Origin: Lentisphaeria bacterium
GTDB taxonomy: Bacteria > Verrucomicrobiota > Lentisphaeria > JABSQK01 > JAWLHB01
Assembly (NCBI GenBank): GCA_041690595.1
Contig: JAWLHB010000038.1
Location: forward strand, 1 to 64,000
Direction of reading: 5' to 3'
Length of the DNA stretch: 64,000 nt
Positions 22,301-31,078 of this stretch are shown here, piece by piece (position 1 is the stretch's first letter; every line of letters begins with the position of its first letter). Under the pieces are notes generated by a model. That model ran no database searches, had not been told where the DNA came from, and saw nothing but the letters and a program-made list of their open reading frames with translations. The position numbers and the translations under genes are program-made.

Positions 22301-23552
22301 CTTTACCGATCGCGACGGCAATGCGATCACCCTCGACGAGTATATCGTCAGCATGCGCCCGGATGGCACGGTGAAGTGGCGGTACAAGAACCGCTGGCCG
22401 GGATTGCATGCGGGGCACGGCACCTCTGCCACCGGTGAGGAACCCGGGGTCATCATCGCGCCCACCCGCTTCTTCGGCAGCGCGTACGTCAACGAAACGA
22501 TCGGCGAAGTCATCTCGCTCAGTAGCAACCTCGGGGCCACCTATCTGCTGACGGCCGACGGCTTCTACATCGACCGGGTATTCCAGGATATCCGCACCGG
22601 GCTGTCGTGGCGCATGAACAGTCCGCCCACACCGGAGATCATGGATCAGCTCTCGCTCAACGACGAACACTTCGGCGGGACCTTCCAAGGGGTGCTGGGC
22701 GACGACGGCAGGACGCACTACCGCTACGTCGTCGGCAAGACCCATTCCTCTGTGGTCGAACTGCACGGGCTGGAGAAGATCGGCCGCCTGAGCGGTGGTG
22801 ACCTGACAGTGACTGGCGAGCATCTGCTGGCGGCCGAGGAGCTGCGCCGCGGTCGCGCCTTGGACGCGAAGGTCAGCAAGGTCTACACCATCAAATGGAT
22901 GGAGACCATCGAGATTGACGGGCGGGACAACGAATGGCCGGGGGAACGGATCGACGGCTTCGCCCTTGCATACGATCGGGAGAACCTCTATCTCTGGTTC
23001 AGCGGCGAGGACAGCCGCGCTCCCTTCGCCAACGCCACGACCGATGACATGCTCGAAGCTTTCAAGAATGGCGATGTGGTGGATGTGATGCTGGAGACGA
23101 AAGGGGGACTCGATCCGCAACGGTCGAGCGCCGGCGAGGGGGATATCCGCCTGAGCTTTGCCATGGTCGACGGCAAGCCCGCGGCGATCCTCTACGATTA
23201 CGTGGTGCCGGGAACCCCGGCCGAAGCGCGGCTTCCCTTCTCGTCGCCGTGGCGAACGATATACATCGACCGGGTGACGCTGCTGGAGCAGGCGCGCATT
23301 GCGGTCGTGCGCCAGGCGAAGAGCTTCAGTCTCGAGGCGGCAGTCCCCCTCTCGGCGCTGCACCTTGATCCAACCAGGGCAGGGGAGCTTCGCGGCGATG
23401 TGGGGCGGGTTCATTCGGACCAGACCGGCACGCGCGCGGTGGCGCGGGAATACTGGAGCAACAAGGCGACGGCGATCATGTCCGATGTGCCGTCGGAAGC
23501 CATGCTGCAGCCGTCCCTGTGGGGAAGCTTTCGATTTGAGGTGGCGCCATGA
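19338..23552 (+). CDS. Large secreted protein with discoidin-like, FlgD Ig-like, beta-propeller and CBM9-like domains (paralog 3)
   Basis: Probable start at ATG 19338 (ATGA overlap, MKRLLCLM signal peptide); PEWLMLDWG; WLADH; WTDRNGDG; LHAGH; DEHFGG; FKNGD..YWSN. Confidence 0.75.
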   Translation: MKRLLCLMTIVCGICGWSADFFTDDGLFAPVQADAKVDLASSRALPGDVAALPGVLRLQKRGHHRAWVATSKDPATFHFVLSFREPQAVGSCMFVGDYELSYLKGGAPNDPNDESHWIAVAYPGEAKRLVRVVPLPVGITTQALRLSAPGQATPAGEYRRELALFTAWRDRLVNIAPEAAIRVSSSYKPAGGFRPDPRRSSPESLLDGSLAARNWESATRDVPISPEAPEWLMLDWGQPRSMRGLNLLIGSSQSGAGQILIQAFRGDGDPDPGVDAGWELLTEMKPQRTWRPPTCWEVTTDFGRDVSTRALRLLVLSGTPEAQSGGEQSNLTSIGFGEIIVVEALGDGPARRIVRQAGGPEGVVPIRFTMPAAGKASIRIVDPQGAIVCNLVNGESFDAGEQTVWWDLATIDDYWPPYERPEKRGYVVPDGTALIALPGGYRWEGIWHPGLGLEYLYSYYPEKKHGLAWTTADTTGGWLADHQPPQTIVRVGDRMWAGTFCEGGHAILEADLDMRKLWGSGRIWLACPRVMAVSDDRIYYLEQGGWAKKVVMIEVDPATKRSRRLLGREIAKDEVLDIQGLAVVGTRAFIADRANDRLIIVDMTDNLGAAAGEFSWDIAYKLREHEQMKEMGSIELRKPGRIRPYGQGHLAVVSDTTVQLLDLESLTLKPLVTGLTNPLGLAVDELRNVYVGEMEPVHQVKVFNVDGNLVRSVGKVGPHRLGTFDRDNLESPAGVEVDAAGNIWVCELNHSLKRTSLWDKQGRCINQVLGPTIYGGGGDIDPRNENRFWYQGKEFERDPVTGAIAMTRLVWRADDDSFDHFFGGASHNFGGRAPAYPFYHNGRLFFTSWQGWAAGRTTTLWRHDPDGMRPVAAVGTPPAWFGERFPELAAGAVFAWTDRNGDGIAQREEVEAGPITLNDKPWKQVGAQWQFLMNEHFVVAVTDASYNEAAVAWFHPASFTAEGYPVYELPTKLLPVPIEGLRHSADAIFTDRDGNAITLDEYIVSMRPDGTVKWRYKNRWPGLHAGHGTSATGEEPGVIIAPTRFFGSAYVNETIGEVISLSSNLGATYLLTADGFYIDRVFQDIRTGLSWRMNSPPTPEIMDQLSLNDEHFGGTFQGVLGDDGRTHYRYVVGKTHSSVVELHGLEKIGRLSGGDLTVTGEHLLAAEELRRGRALDAKVSKVYTIKWMETIEIDGRDNEWPGERIDGFALAYDRENLYLWFSGEDSRAPFANATTDDMLEAFKNGDVVDVMLETKGGLDPQRSSAGEGDIRLSFAMVDGKPAAILYDYVVPGTPAEARLPFSSPWRTIYIDRVTLLEQARIAVVRQAKSFSLEAAVPLSALHLDPTRAGELRGDVGRVHSDQTGTRAVAREYWSNKATAIMSDVPSEAMLQPSLWGSFRFEVAP

Positions 23553-25669
23553 AGCTCCTGCTGCTGTTGCTGCTTGCTTTCGTGGTTGCCGCCGAGCCGG
23601 GTGTCGAGGAACCGTATCTCTTCACGGACGAACTGGCGCGCCTCTCGCTGCCGGAGCTGTCGGGCGAGATCGCCTGCTCGGTGAGGCTGATCACCGCCGG
23701 CGGGATCGGCGAGACGCAGGCACGCTTGCTGACTGTGACCGATGGCATCGGCGTGCTTGCGCCCCTCGGCGAGGGCATCCACATCGTGACCCTGCCGGAC
23801 GGGAAGGAGCTGCGCTCCCTGGCGATGACGCCGCCCCCGCCGCTCGATGCCCGGGTGCTTTGTCACGCTCTGCCGCGACATGGGCAACGCCTCCTCGACG
23901 GCGAGGCCGTTCGCTTCCTGGCGATGGGGGATTCCGTGACCGCCACAGGCGACTACGAGAAGATCCTGCGTCGCATGCTGGCCCGCGCGTCCGGCAACGA
24001 ACGGATCGAGATGTCGGAACGCGCCTATTCCGGCCGCTCCGTCGATGCCTCCGTCCGCAATTTTACGAGCGATCTCGCGGCCGCCCAGCCTCACGTGGCC
24101 ATGATCATGTACGGGCTCAACGATCAGGGCGCCGGAGCCTCGCTGGCCGGATACCTGGAGCAGATGCAATGGCTGGCCGAGCGTCTCCGCGAAGCAGGCG
24201 TCGACCCGCTCTTCCTCCTGCCGACACCCGACATCAGCCGGGCCAAAGACGAGACGGATTACACCCCCTATATCTTCCGCACTGTCGGCTATGGCGCGCA
24301 TCTGCGCGAACTGGGCGCAAAGCTGGGACTGCCTGTGGTTGACAGCTTCAACGCCATCTGGGGGCAGGGTGGCGCGGACCTTCAGGAGACCGGCAGGTCG
24401 ATGCAGCCATTCTTCCCGCCACACTACCGGCGCCCTTTCAGCAGCATGCTGGAGACCGAAGGGAGGGGCGATGGCATCCATCCCAACGTGCTGGGCCACC
24501 TGATGATTGCCCGTGCACTCTACGCTGCAATCGCCACCCCGGCGCCCACCCCGGCAGAGCCGCCACCACGGCTGCGGGCCGTCAGCCGATGGACACCCGG
24601 CGGCATGCGGACGCAGATCACCGCTACCATGCTCGTGGACGGCCGGGTAGAGCTGTATCCCCTGCCGGGCTTCGAACTGAGCGGCAACGAGGCGCTCACC
24701 CCGGCGGAACCGAGCCGCAGCCTTGCCTGGCCCCAGTTGCTGAAAGCCGACGACCTGCTGAAGTGGCCGGCCGACCTCTATCTTGCCCCCTTTGCGCCCA
24801 TGCTGATCGCCATCCACTATCGTGAGAACGGCAGTCGCCTGCAGACGGTCGTGGCCCCCTTTCCCGAAGGTGGCGGCTTCCTGCGTGGTCGGCAGGTGGT
24901 GGCGCCGGGAGACAAGGTCCTTGTGGAGCGCGAAGATGGTACGACGCTGGGGGTGGCGCTTCCGCTCGATGCCGAGGTCGGGCGGATTCCGCTCCTCGAG
25001 CAGCTTGGCCCGGAGAGCTGGGCCGCCGCGGAGGTGGCCTTCGTGCGCTTCGGGGCCGTTGACCGGGGGGAGGCAACTGTCGATGGCGCGCTGGATGAAT
25101 GGTCGATGGAGCACGCCTTTCCAGTTGGCGAGCCGGTGCAGGCGCGCTGGACACGCGGCCGGGATGACCATCGCGTTTCGCCTTCCGAATGCTACCTGAA
25201 GGTGGCCATGCGGGCGGGGGAGAAGGGACTCTATGTGGCAATCCGCGGGACCGGCCAGCTCAGGCGCGACCTCTTCACCTTCTATTTCGATCCGCGCGCG
25301 CCGGAACTGCTGGGCACGCCCGGGGGGTACTACTGGTTGGGGGGCAGCTTCCTGGATGACGGGCGCCTGAAGCTTGGCCCGGGTGAGACGGCACGGAAAG
25401 TGGAAGGACTCGCCGGCGCATGGCGCGAGACGGCTGGCGGCCTCGAGCTGGAGATCTTTGTCCCCTACATGCTCTTCGCCCAGGAGCGCTGGCCGATCGG
25501 CGGCGACCTTGGCTTTTCCCTGGACTGGCGCCACCGCGGCGCTGACGGTACACCGGATACGCACCTGCAGTGGGCGGAGGACGGTCATCCCTGGAGTTCT
25601 CTCTGGTATGGCGTTCTGCGCCTGATGGAGGACCTCGCCACACGCCCTTTTCGAGTGAGGATCAAGTGA
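23549..25669 (+). CDS. Secreted SGNH/GDSL hydrolase with C-terminal CBM9-like domain
   Basis: Signal peptide; GDSVT, YGLND and DGIHPN blocks; VDGALDEW. Confidence 0.8.
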   Translation: MKLLLLLLLAFVVAAEPGVEEPYLFTDELARLSLPELSGEIACSVRLITAGGIGETQARLLTVTDGIGVLAPLGEGIHIVTLPDGKELRSLAMTPPPPLDARVLCHALPRHGQRLLDGEAVRFLAMGDSVTATGDYEKILRRMLARASGNERIEMSERAYSGRSVDASVRNFTSDLAAAQPHVAMIMYGLNDQGAGASLAGYLEQMQWLAERLREAGVDPLFLLPTPDISRAKDETDYTPYIFRTVGYGAHLRELGAKLGLPVVDSFNAIWGQGGADLQETGRSMQPFFPPHYRRPFSSMLETEGRGDGIHPNVLGHLMIARALYAAIATPAPTPAEPPPRLRAVSRWTPGGMRTQITATMLVDGRVELYPLPGFELSGNEALTPAEPSRSLAWPQLLKADDLLKWPADLYLAPFAPMLIAIHYRENGSRLQTVVAPFPEGGGFLRGRQVVAPGDKVLVEREDGTTLGVALPLDAEVGRIPLLEQLGPESWAAAEVAFVRFGAVDRGEATVDGALDEWSMEHAFPVGEPVQARWTRGRDDHRVSPSECYLKVAMRAGEKGLYVAIRGTGQLRRDLFTFYFDPRAPELLGTPGGYYWLGGSFLDDGRLKLGPGETARKVEGLAGAWRETAGGLELEIFVPYMLFAQERWPIGGDLGFSLDWRHRGADGTPDTHLQWAEDGHPWSSLWYGVLRLMEDLATRPFRVRIK

Positions 25670-28600
25670 GCACGCTTCCCGATATCACCCTGCGCAAGAT
25701 CAGTGACAACCTGACGGCCAAGCGCTATGAAACGGTGCGCCGGCAATGCCTGGCCGCGCTGGCAGACCAGACCGCGCACCCCAACGATAGTCGCTGGTGC
25801 CTTTTCGAGGCGCTCTGCAGGCTGGGCGATCTGGCCGAAGCTCAGGTGGTTTTGAAGGCGCTGGAGCCGCGTCACCGGGATGAGGCGCTCCGGGTGGGGT
25901 TGGCCCTTGCCGTAAGCTACCACCGCTACACGATGGAAGGACACTATCGGGAGTCGGCCGAAAAGCAGGCTGGGCTCTGCATCGACGAGTTCGTGGAGAA
26001 GTACAACAGCATGGCCGATCTTCACTTCGACGAGGCGCTGCGGCTGGCCGACACGCCCGAGCGACGGGAACTGGCGGCCACCGCACTGCGGCTCTGCAAT
26101 CGTGACGCCAAAGCCGATGAGCTGGCGCCGCCACCCGCGAAGAGCGCCCCTGTGCCCACGCCGGTAAGTGTCGGCACCGGCACCTTGGCAGGCAGGCTCC
26201 GTCTTGCCGACGGCAAGCCCGCCGCACATGTGCAGGTCACCTTGGGTACCCCTATGGTGGTCAGTGCTCCCGAGGTCGACGAGTTCCTGCCGACCGGGAT
26301 AAGCAACTGCCGTGAGATGACCGTTCATGAGGACCTCCATACCGTGACGGCGACCACGGACGATGAGGGGCGATATGCCTTCGCTGACCTGCCCGCAAGA
26401 CGCTACGCCTTCCTGGCCGCGACCCTGGATCCGCTCGAACATGACATCGCGACCCATTACCTCGCGCGTGATATCGACGTGCAGCCAGGCGACGTCACCA
26501 CGCTCGATGCGGTGGTGACGGAGTGGCAGAGTGCGCCACCGGCACCACTGGACATCTCGCTGCCGGCCAGCCTCGTCTGGTGCGGCCGCAGCCTGCGACA
26601 GCTCTTTACGCAACCCTTGCGGAACCCTTTCCACTACGCCTTTCCCCGCCAACTGGTCAAACTGCCCCTGCCGGCCGGCGTCGATTCGGAACGTCTGTGC
26701 CTGGTCGATTCCGGACGCCCCGGTGAGGTGCAGCCGGTGCAGGTGACCATGGAGGGGGAAGTCGCCTGCATGCTGGAGCTTCCGGCCGTGAGCAGTCGGC
26801 TTGTAAGCCTTTACGAAGCCGATGGAGCCTTGCCCGACGACCTGCTGACCAGCTCGCTGGCGCTGACGCCGACAACGGATGGGTGGGGCGAGATCGATAC
26901 AGGCGTGGCAACTTTTCGAGTACCGCTCGGTGAGGGGGAGGCGACGCGGCCGCCGATTGGTGCGGTGCGCGGCGAAGACGGCGTCTGGCGTGGGCATGGT
27001 CGCTGGCTGTTGCCGGCGGGCGTGGCCATCGCCAGACGCAACTCGCTCCTGCTGGACGCCGGGCCGCTGCTCATGCGGCTGCGAATCGACTACACGTTGA
27101 GCACTGGCGCCATGATATCCTTCGAGCTGACTGCGATCCGCGATGAACCCTGCCTGCTGGTGCATGAGATCAGTGCGCCGGTCCCGGGCGCCGCATTCGA
27201 GTTTTCGCTTCGGGAGTTCAGCGGCGGGCGCGGCTTCCTCCACTGGACCCCCGAGCACGGCAACGTGCACTGGCGCACCCTGAAGGCGGAAGCGCGGGAG
27301 CTGGCGCGGCTGCAGGAGTCGGTCGCCTGGTGGATCCCGCCACAGGGCTTTGCCTATGCCATGACCGCCGACGGTCTGGAGCAGGAGGACTACATTGGCC
27401 TCTTCACCATCCGCAGGGGCGATTGGATCGATCGCGATTTCGAGCGCATCGCTCAAGGACCTGGCGACGAGAACCGCGAGCTCGACTGGCCCTACCCGGA
27501 GATGGTCGGCTCCACCATCTCGATGATCACCGCGCATACCACCGCCGATGGTGACGCCTTCTATCGCTTCGGCTGCTTCGATGGCGAGCGCCGTTGGGGC
27601 GTGCTGGTCTCGACCTTCGCCCGCAACGACGGCCCGCACAAAGAGCTGTCCGCGGTTCAGCACAAGAACTCCTCGCCCCGGCTCCAGGAGTTCAAGGATT
27701 GGCGCCTCGACGAGCAGGACAGGATCCAGCGCCCCTTCGTGCTGACCAGACGCGAGAAGCTGCGTGAGCTGCGTCGCAAGCGGCTCGATCCCCGGTTCGC
27801 GCCCATCTGGGCCGCCTTGATCGCGGATCATGGCCGGGGACCGCGGCGGGGCTTCCAGGCGATGATCGAGAGCGACCCAGCCAAGCTCTGGCGCTTGCGA
27901 ACCGACATGGTGATCGAAGCGCCTCGCCGAGCCCGCATGACCCTCTTCGGTCGCGACTACTCCGATGTCTACAGCCCCGTCGGCGGGCGTCCGATCACCC
28001 CCTATGCCGAGCAGTATGACATGATCGCCGCGACGGGTGTCTTCACGGCGGAGGAAGAGCGGCAGGTACGTTCCAGCCTGATGCTGATGGGCCACATGTA
28101 CATGGAGACCGACTTCATGAACTGGCGCTTCAACTCGCGCAATGCCAACTTCGAAGCGGATCGCGTGGATATCGTCGGGACGATCGGCGTGGCCTTCCGG
28201 GGCAATCCAGATGCCGAAGACTTCGTCCAGCATGCCGCCGAACTGATGGAGCGCTCGCTGAACGTATACTGCACTCCCGGCAGCGGAAAGTGGTACGAAA
28301 ACCCCGCCTGCTACTACCTGCACGCGGCAAGCTGCCGATTGAACCTGGCCTATCACCTCTATCAGCACAACCTGCTGGACGTGACGGCCATCCCCCGGCT
28401 GCGCGACTTCCTCTCGTGGGGCCCCCTCTTGCTGACGGCGCCATATCCTCACGATTACGCCCTGCTGCGAGATGGCTGCAGCTACGAGGAGTATGCCGCG
28501 GCCGAAAAGGTGCGACGCGTGCCGCCCATTGGCGATCATGCCCACGTGGGCCAGTGGGTGAGCGAGTTCTTCGCTCTGATGGGCAAGGCTTACCGCCAAC

Positions 28601-29727
28601 GCGATCCGGAACTGGCGGACCTGCTGGCGTGGGCTTACCAGGCCGGTGGACGCAACGGCGGCCATTTCTCCAAGCTGCCCATGTGGTTTTGTGCCGTCGA
28701 GGAAGCGGACTTGGAGCCGGTGGCCGAACAGCTGCTTGCAAGTCGTCGCCTCGAAGGATTCGGCGCGATCTTCAGGGGCCATGTCGGCCAGCCAAACGAG
28801 TTCTACCTCCTCTTCAAGCAGGGCCCCGGCGGCTATCGCTACCACCGTACGGAAGGCAGCTTCCTGCTTATGGCCGATGGGCGGCCTCTGGTTTTCGACG
28901 GCGGCGAGGCCGGCGAGACCTGGCGCCACAGCACCCTCTCCTTCCACGAGTCGCACATGCCCCTGGCTCCAGGCCACGTTCAGCGCTTCGCCACCCTGCC
29001 AAGCGCCGACTTTGTACAGGGCGTTCACCCGAAAGCCCTCTCGCCCAGCGATCCCGTCTTCCTCAGCGACAGCTGCGAACACCAGTTGGTTGACGTGGCT
29101 TGGGAGCGCTTCCGCGAGCCGAACCCCGCCGTCGTCCGCTCCATCCTCTGGATCAAGGACGACTACGTGATCGTCTCCGATGACCTGCGCCTGCCGGAGG
29201 AGATGCCTACCCATTGGCACCTCCAGGTGGTTAGCGATGCGCATAACGGAAGTGCCGCGGAAGGATGGCGCTTCACCGGCCGCCACGGCGTCGATCTGCA
29301 GCTGCTGCTGCCCGACCTCCCCGCCGATGCACGAATCACGGTCCGCCAGCAGCCGACGCTGGAGTACCGGCTCAAGCCGGAGGAGAGCTTCGCCATGCGC
29401 CACTTCCAGGCGAGCATGACCGCCCCTCACCGCCTGCACGCGCTTTTGCGGCCACTGCCGCCCGGGCGGACGCAGCTCAAGGCAAAGGCGATGCCCCATG
29501 GCCTGCATGTCACCGGCGAAGGTATCGACGACCACCTCTTCTTCAGTCGCGACCCCATCTCGGTTGTCGTCGGCAGGATGGCCTTTACCGGGCGTTACGG
29601 AGCCATACTGCGCCGCCCCGGTCGCATCACCCTCCTGCTTCTCGACGGCACGCTGCTCGCGATCGACTCGCATACCCTGACCAGCAATAGCTTCCAGCCA
29701 CGCGAGGCGCACTTCCTTCAGCCGTAG
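25666..29727 (+). CDS. Large protein with TPR-like, carboxypeptidase-regulatory-like and polysaccharide lyase/heparinase-like regions
   Basis: GTGA overlap start; GTLAGRL..TTDDEGRYAFADLP; GKWYEN..Y; YHRTEGSF and HSTLSF resemble heparinase II/III elements; no signal peptide seen. Confidence 0.55.
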   Translation: MSTLPDITLRKISDNLTAKRYETVRRQCLAALADQTAHPNDSRWCLFEALCRLGDLAEAQVVLKALEPRHRDEALRVGLALAVSYHRYTMEGHYRESAEKQAGLCIDEFVEKYNSMADLHFDEALRLADTPERRELAATALRLCNRDAKADELAPPPAKSAPVPTPVSVGTGTLAGRLRLADGKPAAHVQVTLGTPMVVSAPEVDEFLPTGISNCREMTVHEDLHTVTATTDDEGRYAFADLPARRYAFLAATLDPLEHDIATHYLARDIDVQPGDVTTLDAVVTEWQSAPPAPLDISLPASLVWCGRSLRQLFTQPLRNPFHYAFPRQLVKLPLPAGVDSERLCLVDSGRPGEVQPVQVTMEGEVACMLELPAVSSRLVSLYEADGALPDDLLTSSLALTPTTDGWGEIDTGVATFRVPLGEGEATRPPIGAVRGEDGVWRGHGRWLLPAGVAIARRNSLLLDAGPLLMRLRIDYTLSTGAMISFELTAIRDEPCLLVHEISAPVPGAAFEFSLREFSGGRGFLHWTPEHGNVHWRTLKAEARELARLQESVAWWIPPQGFAYAMTADGLEQEDYIGLFTIRRGDWIDRDFERIAQGPGDENRELDWPYPEMVGSTISMITAHTTADGDAFYRFGCFDGERRWGVLVSTFARNDGPHKELSAVQHKNSSPRLQEFKDWRLDEQDRIQRPFVLTRREKLRELRRKRLDPRFAPIWAALIADHGRGPRRGFQAMIESDPAKLWRLRTDMVIEAPRRARMTLFGRDYSDVYSPVGGRPITPYAEQYDMIAATGVFTAEEERQVRSSLMLMGHMYMETDFMNWRFNSRNANFEADRVDIVGTIGVAFRGNPDAEDFVQHAAELMERSLNVYCTPGSGKWYENPACYYLHAASCRLNLAYHLYQHNLLDVTAIPRLRDFLSWGPLLLTAPYPHDYALLRDGCSYEEYAAAEKVRRVPPIGDHAHVGQWVSEFFALMGKAYRQRDPELADLLAWAYQAGGRNGGHFSKLPMWFCAVEEADLEPVAEQLLASRRLEGFGAIFRGHVGQPNEFYLLFKQGPGGYRYHRTEGSFLLMADGRPLVFDGGEAGETWRHSTLSFHESHMPLAPGHVQRFATLPSADFVQGVHPKALSPSDPVFLSDSCEHQLVDVAWERFREPNPAVVRSILWIKDDYVIVSDDLRLPEEMPTHWHLQVVSDAHNGSAAEGWRFTGRHGVDLQLLLPDLPADARITVRQQPTLEYRLKPEESFAMRHFQASMTAPHRLHALLRPLPPGRTQLKAKAMPHGLHVTGEGIDDHLFFSRDPISVVVGRMAFTGRYGAILRRPGRITLLLLDGTLLAIDSHTLTSNSFQPREAHFLQP

Positions 29728-29767
29728 ACGCTGGCAAGGGCCGCCAGCCGCGTGAAGCGCTCCACCC

Positions 29768-31078
29768 TCAGCCATAGACGTTGGCAATCGCCTGTCGGGC
29801 TACGTCGACAAAGGTGCGGAGGCGCCAGGGCTGCTGCTGCACCGTCGTCAGCCCACTCAGGACCAGCGCCACATGGCAGCCATGCTCCCGCGCGATCCGC
29901 AGCTTTGCGATAAGGACGCCGCGAAGCCCCTCCACGTCGAAATCCTTGTCGGCAAACCACTCGGGCTTGACCCGGATCGACAGCGCCACTTCCTTGCCCA
30001 GCGCCTCGGCCACCGGGGTCAGGTTGCTCCAGGGCGAGACGCTCAGCCGCCGGAGCTTGGGAAGGCGGCGCACCGACTCGATCCGGTCATGAAGCTGTTC
30101 CAGCGTGCCGTAACTGCCGAGCCCAAAGCGGCCCATGACCGGCGTGACGTAGCGGAAGAAGAACTCATCGAGCATCTCCGGCGAAAAGCCCGCAAGTGGC
30201 GCCGAGTCGGTCGATCCCCAGACATCGCGCAGGCGGACCCGCTCCTCGTCGTAGCCCCGCGCCGGCAGCGCCTCGGTCCAGCCGGGTCCATCGCCGCCCA
30301 CCAGCTCCGCGCCATGATTGCAGGAGAGCAGACCTTCCCGCTCCCATGCCTGCAGGCGCTTGTCCAGCGCGGTCGCCACATACTGGCTCAGCCGATGAAC
30401 CCACTCGGGCCGCTCGTAGACATCGAGAAGGAGCTGGTGCATCCCCCGCAGATGGACCAGATGCTCCGCCAGCGGCACATCGACATTGGCAATCCCCTGT
30501 TGGCGGACGGGCAGGATCTCCCCGAACATCTCCTGCGCCAGGGCAAGCCGCCGTTTCGAGCCGGCCCGATCGACCGTGTAGCTGATCGGACGGAGCTTCT
30601 CGATATCACCGGCCTCCTGGATTGGCGCCTCCCGCGGCGGAATCTGCGTCGGGAGGAGATACCGCGGAACGCCCAGATTGGGATGCAGGTGATACATGGC
30701 TTCCTTACGGCGCGCCAGCATATCCTGCCGCTGCCAGGCCGCATCGAGGCCCCACGCGGTGCTCTGCATCTCCCACGCAATGTTGAACTCACCCTCGACG
30801 ACATGGTCATCGCCGATCTCCCGGTAATGGTAGAGCTGCATGCGCAGACGCTGCTCCCAGGCGTACAGAAAGGGATCCTGACAAACCATCCTTTCGGGCG
30901 GAATGCACTCCAGCCACGCCCGTCCCGGATGGACGGCCACCACGGGCACCGTGCTCGTCAGATCGTTGTGCGCCTGCCACAGCCGCTTCTTCTCCTCCTG
31001 GCTGCGCAGCGTGGCAATCTCCGCCACCTGCCCGGCCAGCTCCCGCAACACCTCCCGCTCATGGCCGTTGGTCGTCAT
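29768..31078 (-). CDS. Uroporphyrinogen decarboxylase/methyltransferase-like TIM-barrel protein
   Basis: LRELAGQVAEIA..LW..HNDL; LRGMHQLLLDVYERPEWVH; SPEMLDEFFFRY; SVSPWS. Confidence 0.7.
   Translation of the reverse strand: MTTNGHEREVLRELAGQVAEIATLRSQEEKKRLWQAHNDLTSTVPVVAVHPGRAWLECIPPERMVCQDPFLYAWEQRLRMQLYHYREIGDDHVVEGEFNIAWEMQSTAWGLDAAWQRQDMLARRKEAMYHLHPNLGVPRYLLPTQIPPREAPIQEAGDIEKLRPISYTVDRAGSKRRLALAQEMFGEILPVRQQGIANVDVPLAEHLVHLRGMHQLLLDVYERPEWVHRLSQYVATALDKRLQAWEREGLLSCNHGAELVGGDGPGWTEALPARGYDEERVRLRDVWGSTDSAPLAGFSPEMLDEFFFRYVTPVMGRFGLGSYGTLEQLHDRIESVRRLPKLRRLSVSPWSNLTPVAEALGKEVALSIRVKPEWFADKDFDVEGLRGVLIAKLRIAREHGCHVALVLSGLTTVQQQPWRLRTFVDVARQAIANVYG

Noticed and set aside
25585..29787. 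1400-aa minus-strand ORF (also 20088-23414, 13809-16586 and 9935-11920)
   Set aside because: Antisense shadows of real high-GC genes, with no recognisable motifs.
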